56,553 nucleotides of DNA from Minisyncoccota bacterium (GCA_035403785.1 DAONFW010000006.1:1-56553); one strand, 5' to 3'; positions 1 through 9,069 are shown, counted from the stretch's first letter. Translations and numbers: made by a program. Notes: generated by a model not told the origin, from the letters alone.

Positions 1-56
1 CAGATCGTCCAGAAATCATTTATTGTGAAGAGTGTTATAAGAGGGAAGTTTATTAA
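1..56 (+). CDS. 3' end of an upstream CDS (partial, unidentified)
   Basis: Frame 3 is open from the window edge to TAA at 54-56 (...DRPEIIYCEECYKREVY*). Too short to identify. Confidence 0.3.
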   Translation, partial: DRPEIIYCEECYKREVY

Positions 57-85
57 ACTTTATTTTGTGCTACAATATTCCTCAT

Positions 86-1081
86 ATGAAAAATGCTGGT
101 AAAAAACTAAAAATCGGGATACTTTTTGGTGGAAAATCTACGGAGCATGAAGTTTCTATCAAATCTGCTACGAATATCATGGCTGCTTTAGATAAGGCTA
201 AATATGAAATTGTAAAAATAAAGATAGAAAAATCTGGAAAATTTAATTTGAATTTATTAAAAAAAGTTGATGTTGTTTTTCCAGTTTTGCATGGATCTTT
301 TGGTGAAGATGGCACAATGCAGGGATTTTTGAAAATTTTAGAAAAGCCATTTGTTGGGCCTTCTGTTTTGGGATCAGCTGTTGGTTTTGATAAAGATGTA
401 ACAAAAAGATTATTAACAGAAGCCGGGATTCCAAATACTAAATTTTTAACTTTTAGAAAAAATGAAAAAATAAATTTTGCTGAGGTAAAAGAAAATTTAA
501 ATTTGCCCATGATTGTAAAACCAGCAAATGCAGGATCTTCTGTTGGAATTAGCAAAGTTTCTGATCAAAAAGAATTTGAAAAAGCTGTAAAATTTGCTTT
601 TAAATTTGATAATAAAATAATTATAGAAAAGTTTTTGGCTGACAGAAGAGAAATAGAATGTGCTGTTTTGGGAAATGAAAAACCAAAAGCTTCTGTTTGT
701 GGTGAAGTTATTACGAACAAGCAGCACGCTTTTTATTCTTATGAAGCAAAATATCTTGATGAAAAAGGTGCTGAATTAGAAATTCTGGCTAAGATTTCAA
801 AAGAAACTCAAAAGAATATTCAAGATTTAGCTGTTAGAACTTTTAAGACTTTAGAATGTGAAGGTTTGTCTCGTGTGGATTTCTTTTTAATGCCTGACGG
901 TGAGATTCTAGTTAATGAAATCAACACAATTCCTGGATTCACGAATATCAGTATGTATCCAACACTTTGGAAAAATACCGGAATTTCTTATTCTAAACTG
1001 ATAGATAAATTAATAAATTTAGCGATAGAAAGATTCAAAAAAGAGCAGAAATTACAAACTTCTATAAAAATAAAAAAATAA
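86..1081 (+). CDS. ddl: D-alanine--D-alanine ligase
   Basis: ATP-grasp Ddl hallmarks (KIGILFGGKSTEHEVS near the N-terminus, EINTIPGFT near the C-terminus). ATG at 86 is preferred over the track's TTG at 65 because 68-76 reads as an extended -10 (TGCTACAAT). Confidence 0.93.
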   Translation: MKNAGKKLKIGILFGGKSTEHEVSIKSATNIMAALDKAKYEIVKIKIEKSGKFNLNLLKKVDVVFPVLHGSFGEDGTMQGFLKILEKPFVGPSVLGSAVGFDKDVTKRLLTEAGIPNTKFLTFRKNEKINFAEVKENLNLPMIVKPANAGSSVGISKVSDQKEFEKAVKFAFKFDNKIIIEKFLADRREIECAVLGNEKPKASVCGEVITNKQHAFYSYEAKYLDEKGAELEILAKISKETQKNIQDLAVRTFKTLECEGLSRVDFFLMPDGEILVNEINTIPGFTNISMYPTLWKNTGISYSKLIDKLINLAIERFKKEQKLQTSIKIKK

Positions 1082-1094
1082 AAAGAAGAATTAA

Positions 1095-2252
1095 ATGATT
1101 AAAATGCAGAAAAATTTTCAAAAACAAAAATTTCTATCTTCTATAGAAATAGACAAGAAGAATTTAATTCACAATGTGAAGCAAATTAAAAGTTTGTTAA
1201 AGAAAGAAGCGAAATTTGCTGCTGTCATTAAATCAAATGCTTACGGACATGGAGACGTAGAAGTTGTAAAAATTTTAAATAATTATGTAGATTATTTTCA
1301 GGTTAACAGTATTGAAGAATTAGCAAGAATAAAGAAATATACAAAAAAGCCAATATTAGTTTTGGGTTATGTCGCAAAAAATGATCTAGAGAAAGCAATC
1401 AAGCTAGGTTGCATTCTGTCTGTTTTTGATTTGCATCATTTAGGTTTAATAAACAGTGCAGCAAAAAAATTAAATAAAAAGCAGTTAGTGCATGTTGCTG
1501 TTGATTCTTGTTTGGGAAGAGAGGGAATTATGCCAAGTGAAGTTGAAGCTTTTGTAAGAAAGATTTTAAAAATGAAGAATATAGTAGTAGACGGAATTTA
1601 TTCTCATTTTGCAAACATTGAAGATACAGCAAATTTTGCGTATGCGCAAAAACAAATTGATTCTTATGAAAACACTTTAAATGTTTTTAGAAAATATGGA
1701 TTTGATAAAATCAAAACACATATTTCTGCAACTTCTGGAATTATGGTTTACGAAAAAGACAAAGGCAGAAATAATATTGTGAGAGGGGGAATTGGAATTT
1801 ACGGAATGTGGCCTTCAGATTATTTGGAAAAAAGATTAAAAAATAGAATTACTTTAAAACCTGTGATGACTTGGAAAACTCACGTTGCTCAAGTAAAAAC
1901 ACTTCCAGCTGGGCATTCTATCGGTTATGGACTGACATATTTTACGCCCAAAGAAACAAAAGTCGCTGTAATTCCGCAAGGATATTTTGATGGTATAGAC
2001 AGAGGTTTGTCTAACAAAGGTGAAGTTTTGATTAAAGGTAAAAGATGCAGAATTTTAGGTCGCATCGCGATGAATATGTACGTTGTAAATGTTTCGCACG
2101 TTAAAGATATAAAAATAGAAGATGAAGTTGTGATTTTAGGTAAACAAGGGAACGAAAAAATAACAGCCGAAGAAATTGCTAACAAGATAGATACTATAAA
2201 TTACGAAATTACGACTAGAACTAGCGCATATTTGCCTAAAGTTATAAAATAA
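1095..2252 (+). CDS. alr: alanine racemase
   Basis: PLP-lysine motif AVIKSNAYGHG, typical length (385 aa), immediately downstream of ddl. Confidence 0.9.
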   Translation: MIKMQKNFQKQKFLSSIEIDKKNLIHNVKQIKSLLKKEAKFAAVIKSNAYGHGDVEVVKILNNYVDYFQVNSIEELARIKKYTKKPILVLGYVAKNDLEKAIKLGCILSVFDLHHLGLINSAAKKLNKKQLVHVAVDSCLGREGIMPSEVEAFVRKILKMKNIVVDGIYSHFANIEDTANFAYAQKQIDSYENTLNVFRKYGFDKIKTHISATSGIMVYEKDKGRNNIVRGGIGIYGMWPSDYLEKRLKNRITLKPVMTWKTHVAQVKTLPAGHSIGYGLTYFTPKETKVAVIPQGYFDGIDRGLSNKGEVLIKGKRCRILGRIAMNMYVVNVSHVKDIKIEDEVVILGKQGNEKITAEEIANKIDTINYEITTRTSAYLPKVIK

Positions 2253-2296
2253 GCAGATTATTGCATTTTTACTAATTTTGTATTAATATATAAAAC

Positions 2297-2455
2297 ATGT
2301 CACAAGATAAACTTATAAAACTTGCTTGCGGAACTTGTAAGAGAATTAATTACTGGTCAAGAAAGAACAAGAAAACTGTAACTCAAAAAATTGAGCTTAA
2401 GAAGTACTGCAAATGGTGCAAGAAAAACACAAAACACAAGGAAATCAAGAAATAA
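2297..2455 (+). CDS. rpmG: 50S ribosomal protein L33
   Basis: 52-aa ORF below the track cutoff: MSQDKLIKLACGTCKRINYWSRKNKKTVTQKIELKKYCKWCKKNTKHKEIKK. It has the CxxC...CxxC zinc-ribbon L33 pattern. A TAATAT -10 sits 7 nt before the ATG. Confidence 0.85.
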   Translation: MSQDKLIKLACGTCKRINYWSRKNKKTVTQKIELKKYCKWCKKNTKHKEIKK

Positions 2456-2491
2456 TCTAGTCTTTATTTTTATTTATTTATTGATATAATG

Positions 2492-2529
2492 GAACTTGCA
2501 GTAAATGTTTGCTGCAAGTTCTTTTTATT
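2492..2529 (+). terminator. intrinsic terminator after rpmG
   Basis: 10-bp stem GAACTTGCAG (2492-2501) / CTGCAAGTTC (2512-2521) followed by TTTTTATT. Confidence 0.7.
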
Positions 2530-2617
2530 GGATCTGTTTTTTCGAAGCCAGATCCATTGAGAGACGAGTTAATTTTTATTTTCACGTCTCGTTATTCCGG
2601 CTTTCGAGCCGGGATAT

Positions 2618-2688
2618 GGGCGGTTAGTTAAGTGGCATAACTACGGTCTCCAAAACCGTTGTCGGGAGTTCGATTCTCTCACCGCCCG
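2618..2688 (+). tRNA. tRNA-Trp (anticodon CCA)
   Basis: Cloverleaf read by eye: acceptor GGGCGGT/ACCGCCC, anticodon arm ACGGT-CTCCAAA-ACCGT, T arm GGGAG-TTCGATT-CTCTC. No encoded CCA. Confidence 0.9.
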
Positions 2689-2707
2689 CAAAAACAAGAA
2701 TAAAATT

Positions 2708-4633
2708 ATGGATAAAAATTCACGCAAAAAATACGTTAGAAGAAAAATCCAAGATATAAAAAGTAGGGCAAAACACGCTGCTGTTTATTCAAAAAAACTT
2801 ATTTCTCCGGTTTTTGGTTTTGGATTAAAAATGTCTGGTTTAATTTTATTTGGAATTTTATTGATTTTAGGAATTGTTAAGATTTTCTTTTTTGAAATAA
2901 AATATCAAGACAAGTTTTATCCGGGTGTCTATGTAGCAAATGAAAAAGTTGGAGGTTTAACATATGATGAGGCCGTAATACGTTTTAAGGAAAAGGTAGA
3001 AAATTTTAGAGCTAACGGAGTTAATGTCGAGATTGAAAACTCGCAGGGACTAAAAAAGAAAATAAATGTTCCAACTTTGACTGCTGGTTTGGCTGCGGAT
3101 AATACGATTGAATATTTTTTAATAAATGGATGGGAAAAGGATTTACAAAAAGCCTATCAGTGGGGACGTGGAAGCAGTGTTTTTCGTGATGTTTGGCAAC
3201 AAATAATTCTAATATTTACTAATAAAAATTTTGATTTTTCAAATTCTGTTCAAAAAGAAGCTGTTAGTTCTTTGCTTGAAAGTGAATTGAATAGTTTTTT
3301 AACAAAAAGCAAATCAGCTGAATTTTCTTTTGTCAAAAATAAACTAGTTATTTCTAAAGAGCAAGTCGGGGAGATTTTAAACAAAGAAGAAATTCTAAAT
3401 ATTTTGGCAAAAAAAGTTTCGCAGTTTGATACAGATATAGTTTATTTTAAAACCCAAGAAGATATTTCTGTTGTTAAAAAAGTTGATTTGGAAAAACACG
3501 CAACTTTTGTAGAAAATTTTGGAAATAAAATCAATTTCTCGTTTTTTTATAATGGTTTCAGGTGGTATGTAAAAGGAGCCAAATTTGTTAATTGGCTTAC
3601 TATTAACAGTAATAGTGAAAATTTAAATAGCGGTGAAAAAGAAATTTATTTAAATAAAAATAAATTAGAAAGTTATTTTTCTGAGAATATTGATAGACTA
3701 ATAGAAAATCCTCCAAGAAATAGTAGATTTGAAATAAGAAATGGAAAAATATTTGAGCTTGTTTCAAGCAAAAAAGGTAATGCGATAGATATTGAAAAAG
3801 TAGCTGAAGAAATAAATAAAATAATTAGTGATTCTAAAAACAATCTAGATCTTCAGAAAAAAACTTTTGATATACATATCGAGACAATTCAAATTGAGCC
3901 AAAAATAACCAAAGATTTGTTGTTAAAATATGAAATCAAAGATTTGATAGGTCGCGCTTCTACAAGTTTTGATGGAAGTAGTGCTGACCGCGAACATAAT
4001 ATAAGAACTGGAGTTTCTGCGATAAACGGAATTTTACTCGCGCCTGGTGAGGAGTTTTCTACTGTAAATTCTATTGGTCATGTTTCAGAGAAAGAAGGAT
4101 ATAGAAAAGAAACTGTAATTAAACAGAATAAGACAACGAAAGAATTTGGCGGTGGTTTGTGTCAGGTTGCGACAACTTTGTTTAGATTAGCTTTGAATAC
4201 TGGTCTGCCCATTACAGAAAGAATCAATCATCGTTTTACTGTGCCTTATTACGATCCGCCAGGTTTAGACGCAACTATTTATGGACCACATCCTGATCTG
4301 CGTTTTGTGAATGATACAGGAAATTATGTTTTGTTGCAGGCCAGAGTAGAAGGTAAAAAAATAATTATGGAATTTTACGGTAGAAAAGATGGTAGAATCG
4401 CAGAAGTTTCTAAACCAGTTGAATCAAATTGGATACCAGCACCAGCAACAAAATATATACCGACAAATTATCTTTCTGTTGGTCAGGTTAAATGTTCTGA
4501 AACACCACATTCAGGTTTAACCACTGATGTTTTGTATACAGTTAAATATCCCGATGGTATAACAAAACAAAGAAATTTTAGAAGTATTTATCAACCATGG
4601 CAAAAAGTTTGCTTGATCGGAGTTAGTTATTAG
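2708..4633 (+). CDS. VanW/YoaR-like membrane-anchored protein
   Basis: N-terminal TM helix. The C-terminal region has a VanW-type signature (GGGLCQVATTLFRLALNTGLPITERINH). Confidence 0.75.
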   Translation: MDKNSRKKYVRRKIQDIKSRAKHAAVYSKKLISPVFGFGLKMSGLILFGILLILGIVKIFFFEIKYQDKFYPGVYVANEKVGGLTYDEAVIRFKEKVENFRANGVNVEIENSQGLKKKINVPTLTAGLAADNTIEYFLINGWEKDLQKAYQWGRGSSVFRDVWQQIILIFTNKNFDFSNSVQKEAVSSLLESELNSFLTKSKSAEFSFVKNKLVISKEQVGEILNKEEILNILAKKVSQFDTDIVYFKTQEDISVVKKVDLEKHATFVENFGNKINFSFFYNGFRWYVKGAKFVNWLTINSNSENLNSGEKEIYLNKNKLESYFSENIDRLIENPPRNSRFEIRNGKIFELVSSKKGNAIDIEKVAEEINKIISDSKNNLDLQKKTFDIHIETIQIEPKITKDLLLKYEIKDLIGRASTSFDGSSADREHNIRTGVSAINGILLAPGEEFSTVNSIGHVSEKEGYRKETVIKQNKTTKEFGGGLCQVATTLFRLALNTGLPITERINHRFTVPYYDPPGLDATIYGPHPDLRFVNDTGNYVLLQARVEGKKIIMEFYGRKDGRIAEVSKPVESNWIPAPATKYIPTNYLSVGQVKCSETPHSGLTTDVLYTVKYPDGITKQRNFRSIYQPWQKVCLIGVSY

Positions 4634-5306
4634 CAAAAGCTAACTGAGTTTTTGTTGTATTATTTTCTTCTGTTTTATCTTCTATTGGTCTTATAACAAT
4701 AAGTTTTCTTTTCCAGCCGTTCATGAATTGAGAAACAGACACTGTTCTGATTCCGTCTTTTTTTCCTGGATCATTAAAATAAACAAAATTTTCGTCGTAA
4801 CCAGTTATGACGATTAAGTGCCCAAAAGAAAGCTTCGGATCAAAATTTCTATGAATAGAAGCTATTGCGGGGCCTTCGTCTATAATTTTTTTAAATTCTG
4901 ACAATGCAGTTGTTCTGTCGTAATCCCAAAAAGCGTGAACTTTTCCGATGAGTCCGTAACGAGATGCCAATTTTGCTAAACCATCATGACTCCAACCAAC
5001 ATTTTTTACATAAGCTCCAGATTTTATTCCATTTTCTAAAACAGCTTGAACATTTGTTGTTTCAGGTTTGTAATAGTTTACAAGCATTGCAACGTCTGCA
5101 ACCCCGCAACCTTTTTGTTGCCATTTAGTCCAAGAAATATCTCGTATCTGTGAGTAAAGGGGAACATCGTAAGGCATTGTTATTTTTTTCTCTTCAACAA
5201 TTTCTTGAGTTGGTTTATTAGAATCAGAAAAAAACTGGCCCATCTGAAGGTCTGTTTGAGTAACACTGTTATATAGAATTGTCGTTAAAACTGTAATTGA
5301 AAACAT
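4623..5306 (-). CDS. secreted C39-like cysteine peptidase domain protein
   Basis: Signal-like N-terminus and the C39_2-type motif YDVPLYSQ...GCGVADVAMLVNYY. The start is moved to MFSITV because the track's extra codons spell an extended -10 (TGCTATTAT) 6 nt upstream. Confidence 0.6.
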   Translation of the reverse strand: MFSITVLTTILYNSVTQTDLQMGQFFSDSNKPTQEIVEEKKITMPYDVPLYSQIRDISWTKWQQKGCGVADVAMLVNYYKPETTNVQAVLENGIKSGAYVKNVGWSHDGLAKLASRYGLIGKVHAFWDYDRTTALSEFKKIIDEGPAIASIHRNFDPKLSFGHLIVITGYDENFVYFNDPGKKDGIRTVSVSQFMNGWKRKLIVIRPIEDKTEENNTTKTQLAFANN

Positions 5307-5354
5307 ATTAAAATAATAGCACAAATTATGTGAAAAGTCAATAAATACAAGCTT

Positions 5355-5582
5355 TTAATTCCAGATTAAATCCCAGAACTTTTTGAGAGATTTTTTTGTA
5401 TCTTTTTCTATTTTTTCAAATCTTTTACCCCACTTTGATTCTTTTTCCAAAAATAACCAAATTAGCACAAAAAAACCTATAATTAAGCCAGCCAGAACCG
5501 CCCATTTGAATATAGTAAAGCCAAAAATCAATAAAATAGCTAAATAAACAACTATTGGTATTAAATAATCATACAACATCAT
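5355..5582 (-). CDS. small two-TM membrane protein, unknown function
   Basis: 75-aa ORF with two clear hydrophobic helices and a basic C-terminus. Confidence 0.5.
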   Translation of the reverse strand: MMLYDYLIPIVVYLAILLIFGFTIFKWAVLAGLIIGFFVLIWLFLEKESKWGKRFEKIEKDTKKSLKKFWDLIWN

Positions 5583-5643
5583 GGTTACTTATTATTTTAA
5601 CACAAATTTGCTTTGTTTTGAACAATACTGCTATACTAAAAAT

Positions 5644-6036
5644 ATGAGTGTAGAAGAATTTCCACCAATTAAAAAAGATAAAAAACCAGAGGAAGAAAAT
5701 GCAAAGGTCATGTTACTCCATGCTTTTAATCAATTTATTGAATTTAAAACATTTATCAAACTTATCAGAAAGAGTGAAGAAACTGGTAATAAAAGCGGAC
5801 TTTCTTATAGTGAAATAAAGAAAATATTAAAAAATACAGAATTTAAAAACTTAGAAGAAATTACAGAGCATGTTTTTTCTTTGGAAGAACTTGAAAAAAT
5901 AAGACCGGGAATTGGAGAAATATATAAAACATTAGTAAAAGAATTTAAAAGACCAAATTTAAAATTGGAGGAACTGGAATATTATATATCCATGGTAGAA
6001 GATTTGATTAAGGATGTACAGAGTTATAAAATTTAA
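5644..6036 (+). CDS. hypothetical protein
   Basis: ORF with an ATG 6 nt downstream of TGCTATACT (5629-5637). Charged, helical-looking sequence with no recognisable family. Confidence 0.5.
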   Translation: MSVEEFPPIKKDKKPEEENAKVMLLHAFNQFIEFKTFIKLIRKSEETGNKSGLSYSEIKKILKNTEFKNLEEITEHVFSLEELEKIRPGIGEIYKTLVKEFKRPNLKLEELEYYISMVEDLIKDVQSYKI

Positions 6037-6938
6037 TTTTTAAAAACTTTTTGAAAAATATCTTTTTTGTCTGTTTTACCAGGATCAAACCAAATTATTT
6101 CTTTATCTCTTTTGAACCAAGCCATTTGGCGTTTTGCAAATTTATTTATTTCAGAGTTTAATTTTTCTAAATATTCTTTTTTGGTTAATTTTTTCTGCAG
6201 ATATAACGCAGTGTATCTGTATTCAAGACCCAGTTCTTCCATGCGTTTCCAACTTAAGCCATTTTTGTGTAGATTTCTAATTTCTCGCAACATGCCGGCT
6301 TTGATTCTATTGTTTAATCTTTTCTCTATGCGCTCTTTCAGAACATCATTCGGCATTGTTAGACCAATTTTTATAAATTCATATTTTTGATCTTTTTTAT
6401 TCTTAGAATCAGCAAGTTTTGGCACTTTGCCGAGAGCTTTTGCGATTTCAATAGCTCTGATTAATCTGACTTTATTTTTAGCATCAATATTTTTTGCGCG
6501 AGATTTGTCTAATTTTTTTAACATTTCAAAAAGTTGGCTAGCAGTTTTTTTATTTAAACTAGCTCTAAGTTTTTCATTCGGTGGAACTTCAGGAAAAGTC
6601 ACATTATTAATAACAGAATCAATATAAAATCCCGTGCCACCACAGATTATTGGCACTTTGTTTCTTGAAATTATTTCTGTTATTTTCTGATCAGCTAATT
6701 CTTTGAATTCCGCAACCGTGAATCTGTTTTTTGCATTTGCCACGTCTAATAGAAAGTGGGGGATTTTCTGCATTTCTTTTTTTGTGATTTTACCCGTGCC
6801 CAAATCAAGACCAGTATAAACTTGCCTAGAATCAGCAGAAATCACTTCTCCGCCTATTTTCTGCGCAATAAACACGGCCAAATCGCTCTTTCCAGTAGCT
6901 GTTGGACCTAAAATTACGATTATTTTTGGTTTGGGCAT
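6033..6938 (-). CDS. miaA: tRNA dimethylallyltransferase
   Basis: P-loop ILGPTATGKS at the N-terminus, IPP-transferase-like core, 301 aa. Confidence 0.9.
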   Translation of the reverse strand: MPKPKIIVILGPTATGKSDLAVFIAQKIGGEVISADSRQVYTGLDLGTGKITKKEMQKIPHFLLDVANAKNRFTVAEFKELADQKITEIISRNKVPIICGGTGFYIDSVINNVTFPEVPPNEKLRASLNKKTASQLFEMLKKLDKSRAKNIDAKNKVRLIRAIEIAKALGKVPKLADSKNKKDQKYEFIKIGLTMPNDVLKERIEKRLNNRIKAGMLREIRNLHKNGLSWKRMEELGLEYRYTALYLQKKLTKKEYLEKLNSEINKFAKRQMAWFKRDKEIIWFDPGKTDKKDIFQKVFKN

Positions 6939-6980
6939 AAAATTAGCATAACATAAAATTTGAGGTTATAATAAATAATA

Positions 6981-7466
6981 ATGTTAGAAAAAATTAGAGA
7001 ACTTGTGAAAAGTGAAGCGGAACAAGATGACTGGAAATATCATATTATTCCAGTTGTTAACTACGCAAAAAAATTAGCAAAGATATTAAAAGTTGACGAG
7101 GAGATTGTTGAATTAGCTGCTTTATTGCATGATATTGGAAGATTAAAATTTGGTGGAGAAAATCACGATATTACAGGTATCCCTGAAGCTGAAAAAATTT
7201 TAAAAGAACATAATTATCCACAAGATACAATAGATGAAATAAAACATTGCGTTGAATCTCATAGAGGAAGTAAAGACCTTATTCCTAAAACAATTTTAGC
7301 AAAGATAATTGCTAATGCAGACGCAATGGCACATTTTGATGTATTACCAATTTTTTTCTATTGGCGTTCCAAGAAGGATAGTTTTGAAGAAGTGCTCAAG
7401 TGGACTGATGAAAAAATTGAACGAGATTGGAACAAAAAATCACACTTCCAGAAGCTAAAGAATTAA
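6981..7466 (+). CDS. HD-domain phosphohydrolase (C-terminus possibly frameshifted)
   Basis: HD motif LHDIGR and a later H..D (ANADAMAHFD). An alternative frame continues plausibly from the A6 tract at 7434-7439 to TAA at 7523-7525. Confidence 0.8.
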   Translation: MLEKIRELVKSEAEQDDWKYHIIPVVNYAKKLAKILKVDEEIVELAALLHDIGRLKFGGENHDITGIPEAEKILKEHNYPQDTIDEIKHCVESHRGSKDLIPKTILAKIIANADAMAHFDVLPIFFYWRSKKDSFEEVLKWTDEKIERDWNKKSHFQKLKN

Positions 7467-7533
7467 TGAAAGAAAAATATAAAGCAATAAGATTAATTCT
7501 TGATTCAAACAAAGAATACTTATAAAAATAAAT

Positions 7534-9042
7534 TTATTTCAAAATCTTAATATCCGCGCCGATAGAATTTAATCTGCTTGCGATTTCTTCATAACCTCTG
7601 CTTATCATATATACGTTTCTGAGAATAGAAGTGCCGTTTGTGCCCAACATTGAAATTAAAATTATCATAGACGGTCTCAACGCTGGCGGACAGACAACTT
7701 GTGCTGGTTTCAAATTAGTTCCGCCTGTTATATAAACTCTATGTGGATCAGCAAGTGTAATATTTGCGCCAAGTCTATTTAACTCAGTAAAATAAATCGC
7801 TCTGTTTTCATAACTCCAATCGTGAATCATCGTTTGACCTTTTGCTTTTATCGCAATCGGCACAAAGAAAGGCAAGTTGTCCATGTTTATGCCGGGATAT
7901 GGATTCGCATGAATTTTGTCTTCCAACGCAATTAACTTAGACGGAAAAATTTTTAGATCTACTAATTTAGTTTTGTTATTATAAGAAAGATATTTTTTTA
8001 ATATTTTAAATTTTAAATTCATTCTTTTTAACTTTTCTAATTCTAAAGACAAGAAATCTATCGGCACGCGAGTGATAGTGAGCTCAGAATCTGTAATTAT
8101 TCCAGCAGAAATGAACATCATAGACTCAATCGGATCTTCACTGTTCCAGTATTCTATATCTTGGTTTATTTCTTTTACACCATGCACTGTAAGTGTAGAA
8201 GTACCAATGCCGTCTATTTGCACGCCTAGTTTTTCCAAAAAGAAACAAATTTCTTGCACCATGTAATTCGCACTAGCAAAACTAATTACAGTCTTGCCTG
8301 GAATTCTTGCAGCCGCTGTAAGAACATTTTCACAAGCAGTATCACCAGCTTCGTACATGACTATTTCTGCAGGTTTTAATTTTTTTGCTTCTATATTGTA
8401 AGAATTATTAGTAGTCTTTATTTTAATACCTAAATCTTCAAATGCATAAGTGTGCGCTGCGATTGTTCTTTTACCAAGATTGCATCCAGATGCATGAGGC
8501 AAAGAAAAGTTTTGCAAAAAATGCACAAGTGGCCCAATAGTCATTAAGACTGATCTAGTTTTAATCGCAGATTCTACGTTTATTTTTTCTAATTTAAAAA
8601 CTTTTGGTGGAATTATTTCTACAGTATTTTGCACTGTCCAATTTACTTTCACGCCGATACTTTCTAAAATTTCTATCACTCTGTTCACTTCTTCTATTCG
8701 CGCGATGCCGTGCAGTGTAGTTTTTCCTTTATTGAGTAGGGAAGCACACAAAAGTCCCACAGAGCCGTTTTTTGAAAAATTAGTAGTAATACTGCCAGAT
8801 AATTTCTTTCCACCAACAACTTGAAAATCCATAGAGTCATTTAGACAAACTAATTTGTGCTCTAAAACTTCACTAATTTTTGTAAGTAAATCAGTAGTAA
8901 AGTTTTGTTCGCCTTTTTCCATACGCGCAACCGCGCTCTGTGATGTGCTCAATGCTTTTGCGAATTCTCCCTGAGTCATACCGCGTTGTTCGCGTAATGT
9001 TTTGATAAAAGTTCCAATTTGTTTAGATTGTGAATTTTTCAT
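7534..9042 (-). CDS. murA: XRE-family HTH domain fused to UDP-N-acetylglucosamine 1-carboxyvinyltransferase
   Basis: The first ~65 aa are a Cro/C1-type HTH (LREQRGMTQGEFAKALSTSQSAVARMEKG). The rest aligns by eye to MurA: SKNG (K22/N23 equivalent), catalytic loop LPHASGCNLGKR (Cys115/Arg120 equivalent), YPGINMD (Asp305 equivalent). Confidence 0.85.
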   Translation of the reverse strand: MKNSQSKQIGTFIKTLREQRGMTQGEFAKALSTSQSAVARMEKGEQNFTTDLLTKISEVLEHKLVCLNDSMDFQVVGGKKLSGSITTNFSKNGSVGLLCASLLNKGKTTLHGIARIEEVNRVIEILESIGVKVNWTVQNTVEIIPPKVFKLEKINVESAIKTRSVLMTIGPLVHFLQNFSLPHASGCNLGKRTIAAHTYAFEDLGIKIKTTNNSYNIEAKKLKPAEIVMYEAGDTACENVLTAAARIPGKTVISFASANYMVQEICFFLEKLGVQIDGIGTSTLTVHGVKEINQDIEYWNSEDPIESMMFISAGIITDSELTITRVPIDFLSLELEKLKRMNLKFKILKKYLSYNNKTKLVDLKIFPSKLIALEDKIHANPYPGINMDNLPFFVPIAIKAKGQTMIHDWSYENRAIYFTELNRLGANITLADPHRVYITGGTNLKPAQVVCPPALRPSMIILISMLGTNGTSILRNVYMISRGYEEIASRLNSIGADIKILK

Positions 9043-9051
9043 ACTTTTTAT

Positions 9052-9069
9052 TATATCATATATGATATA
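9052..9069 (-). promoter_or_regulatory. 18-bp perfect palindrome (candidate operator) overlapping the HTH-murA promoter
   Basis: TATATCATA|TATGATATA. It overlaps the -10 TATAAT (9050-9055, minus), which lies 7 nt upstream of the ATG at 9042. Confidence 0.5.

Noticed and set aside
65-85. N-terminal extensions in the ORF track that begin MCYN.../MCYY.../...FCYNLN (also 27536-27616, 5307-5324 and 54164-54208)
   Set aside because: These codons are the extended -10 promoter TG(n)TA(t/c)AAT read as protein (TGC-TAC-AAT, TGT-TAT-AAT). Each has a better-placed ATG or GTG 6-9 nt downstream, or after a leader in the case of uvrA, which gives a canonical N-terminus.
82-555. Numerous antisense or overlapping ORFs of 60-177 aa inside well-identified genes (for example 82-555, 12027-12272, 28210-28596, 35459-35848, 53085-53618 and 55037-55426)
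   Set aside because: These are shadow ORFs typical of AT-rich, low-stop-density frames. They have Phe/Ser/Ile/Cys-rich low-complexity translations and no start signals, and each lies fully within a gene with strong family motifs on the other strand.
7214-7222. Perfect DnaA box TTATCCACA, suggesting oriC near parB, topA and dnaX
   Set aside because: It is a single copy inside the HD-gene coding sequence. There is no cluster of boxes and no adjacent AT-rich unwinding element in an intergenic region, and dnaA and dnaN are not in the window.
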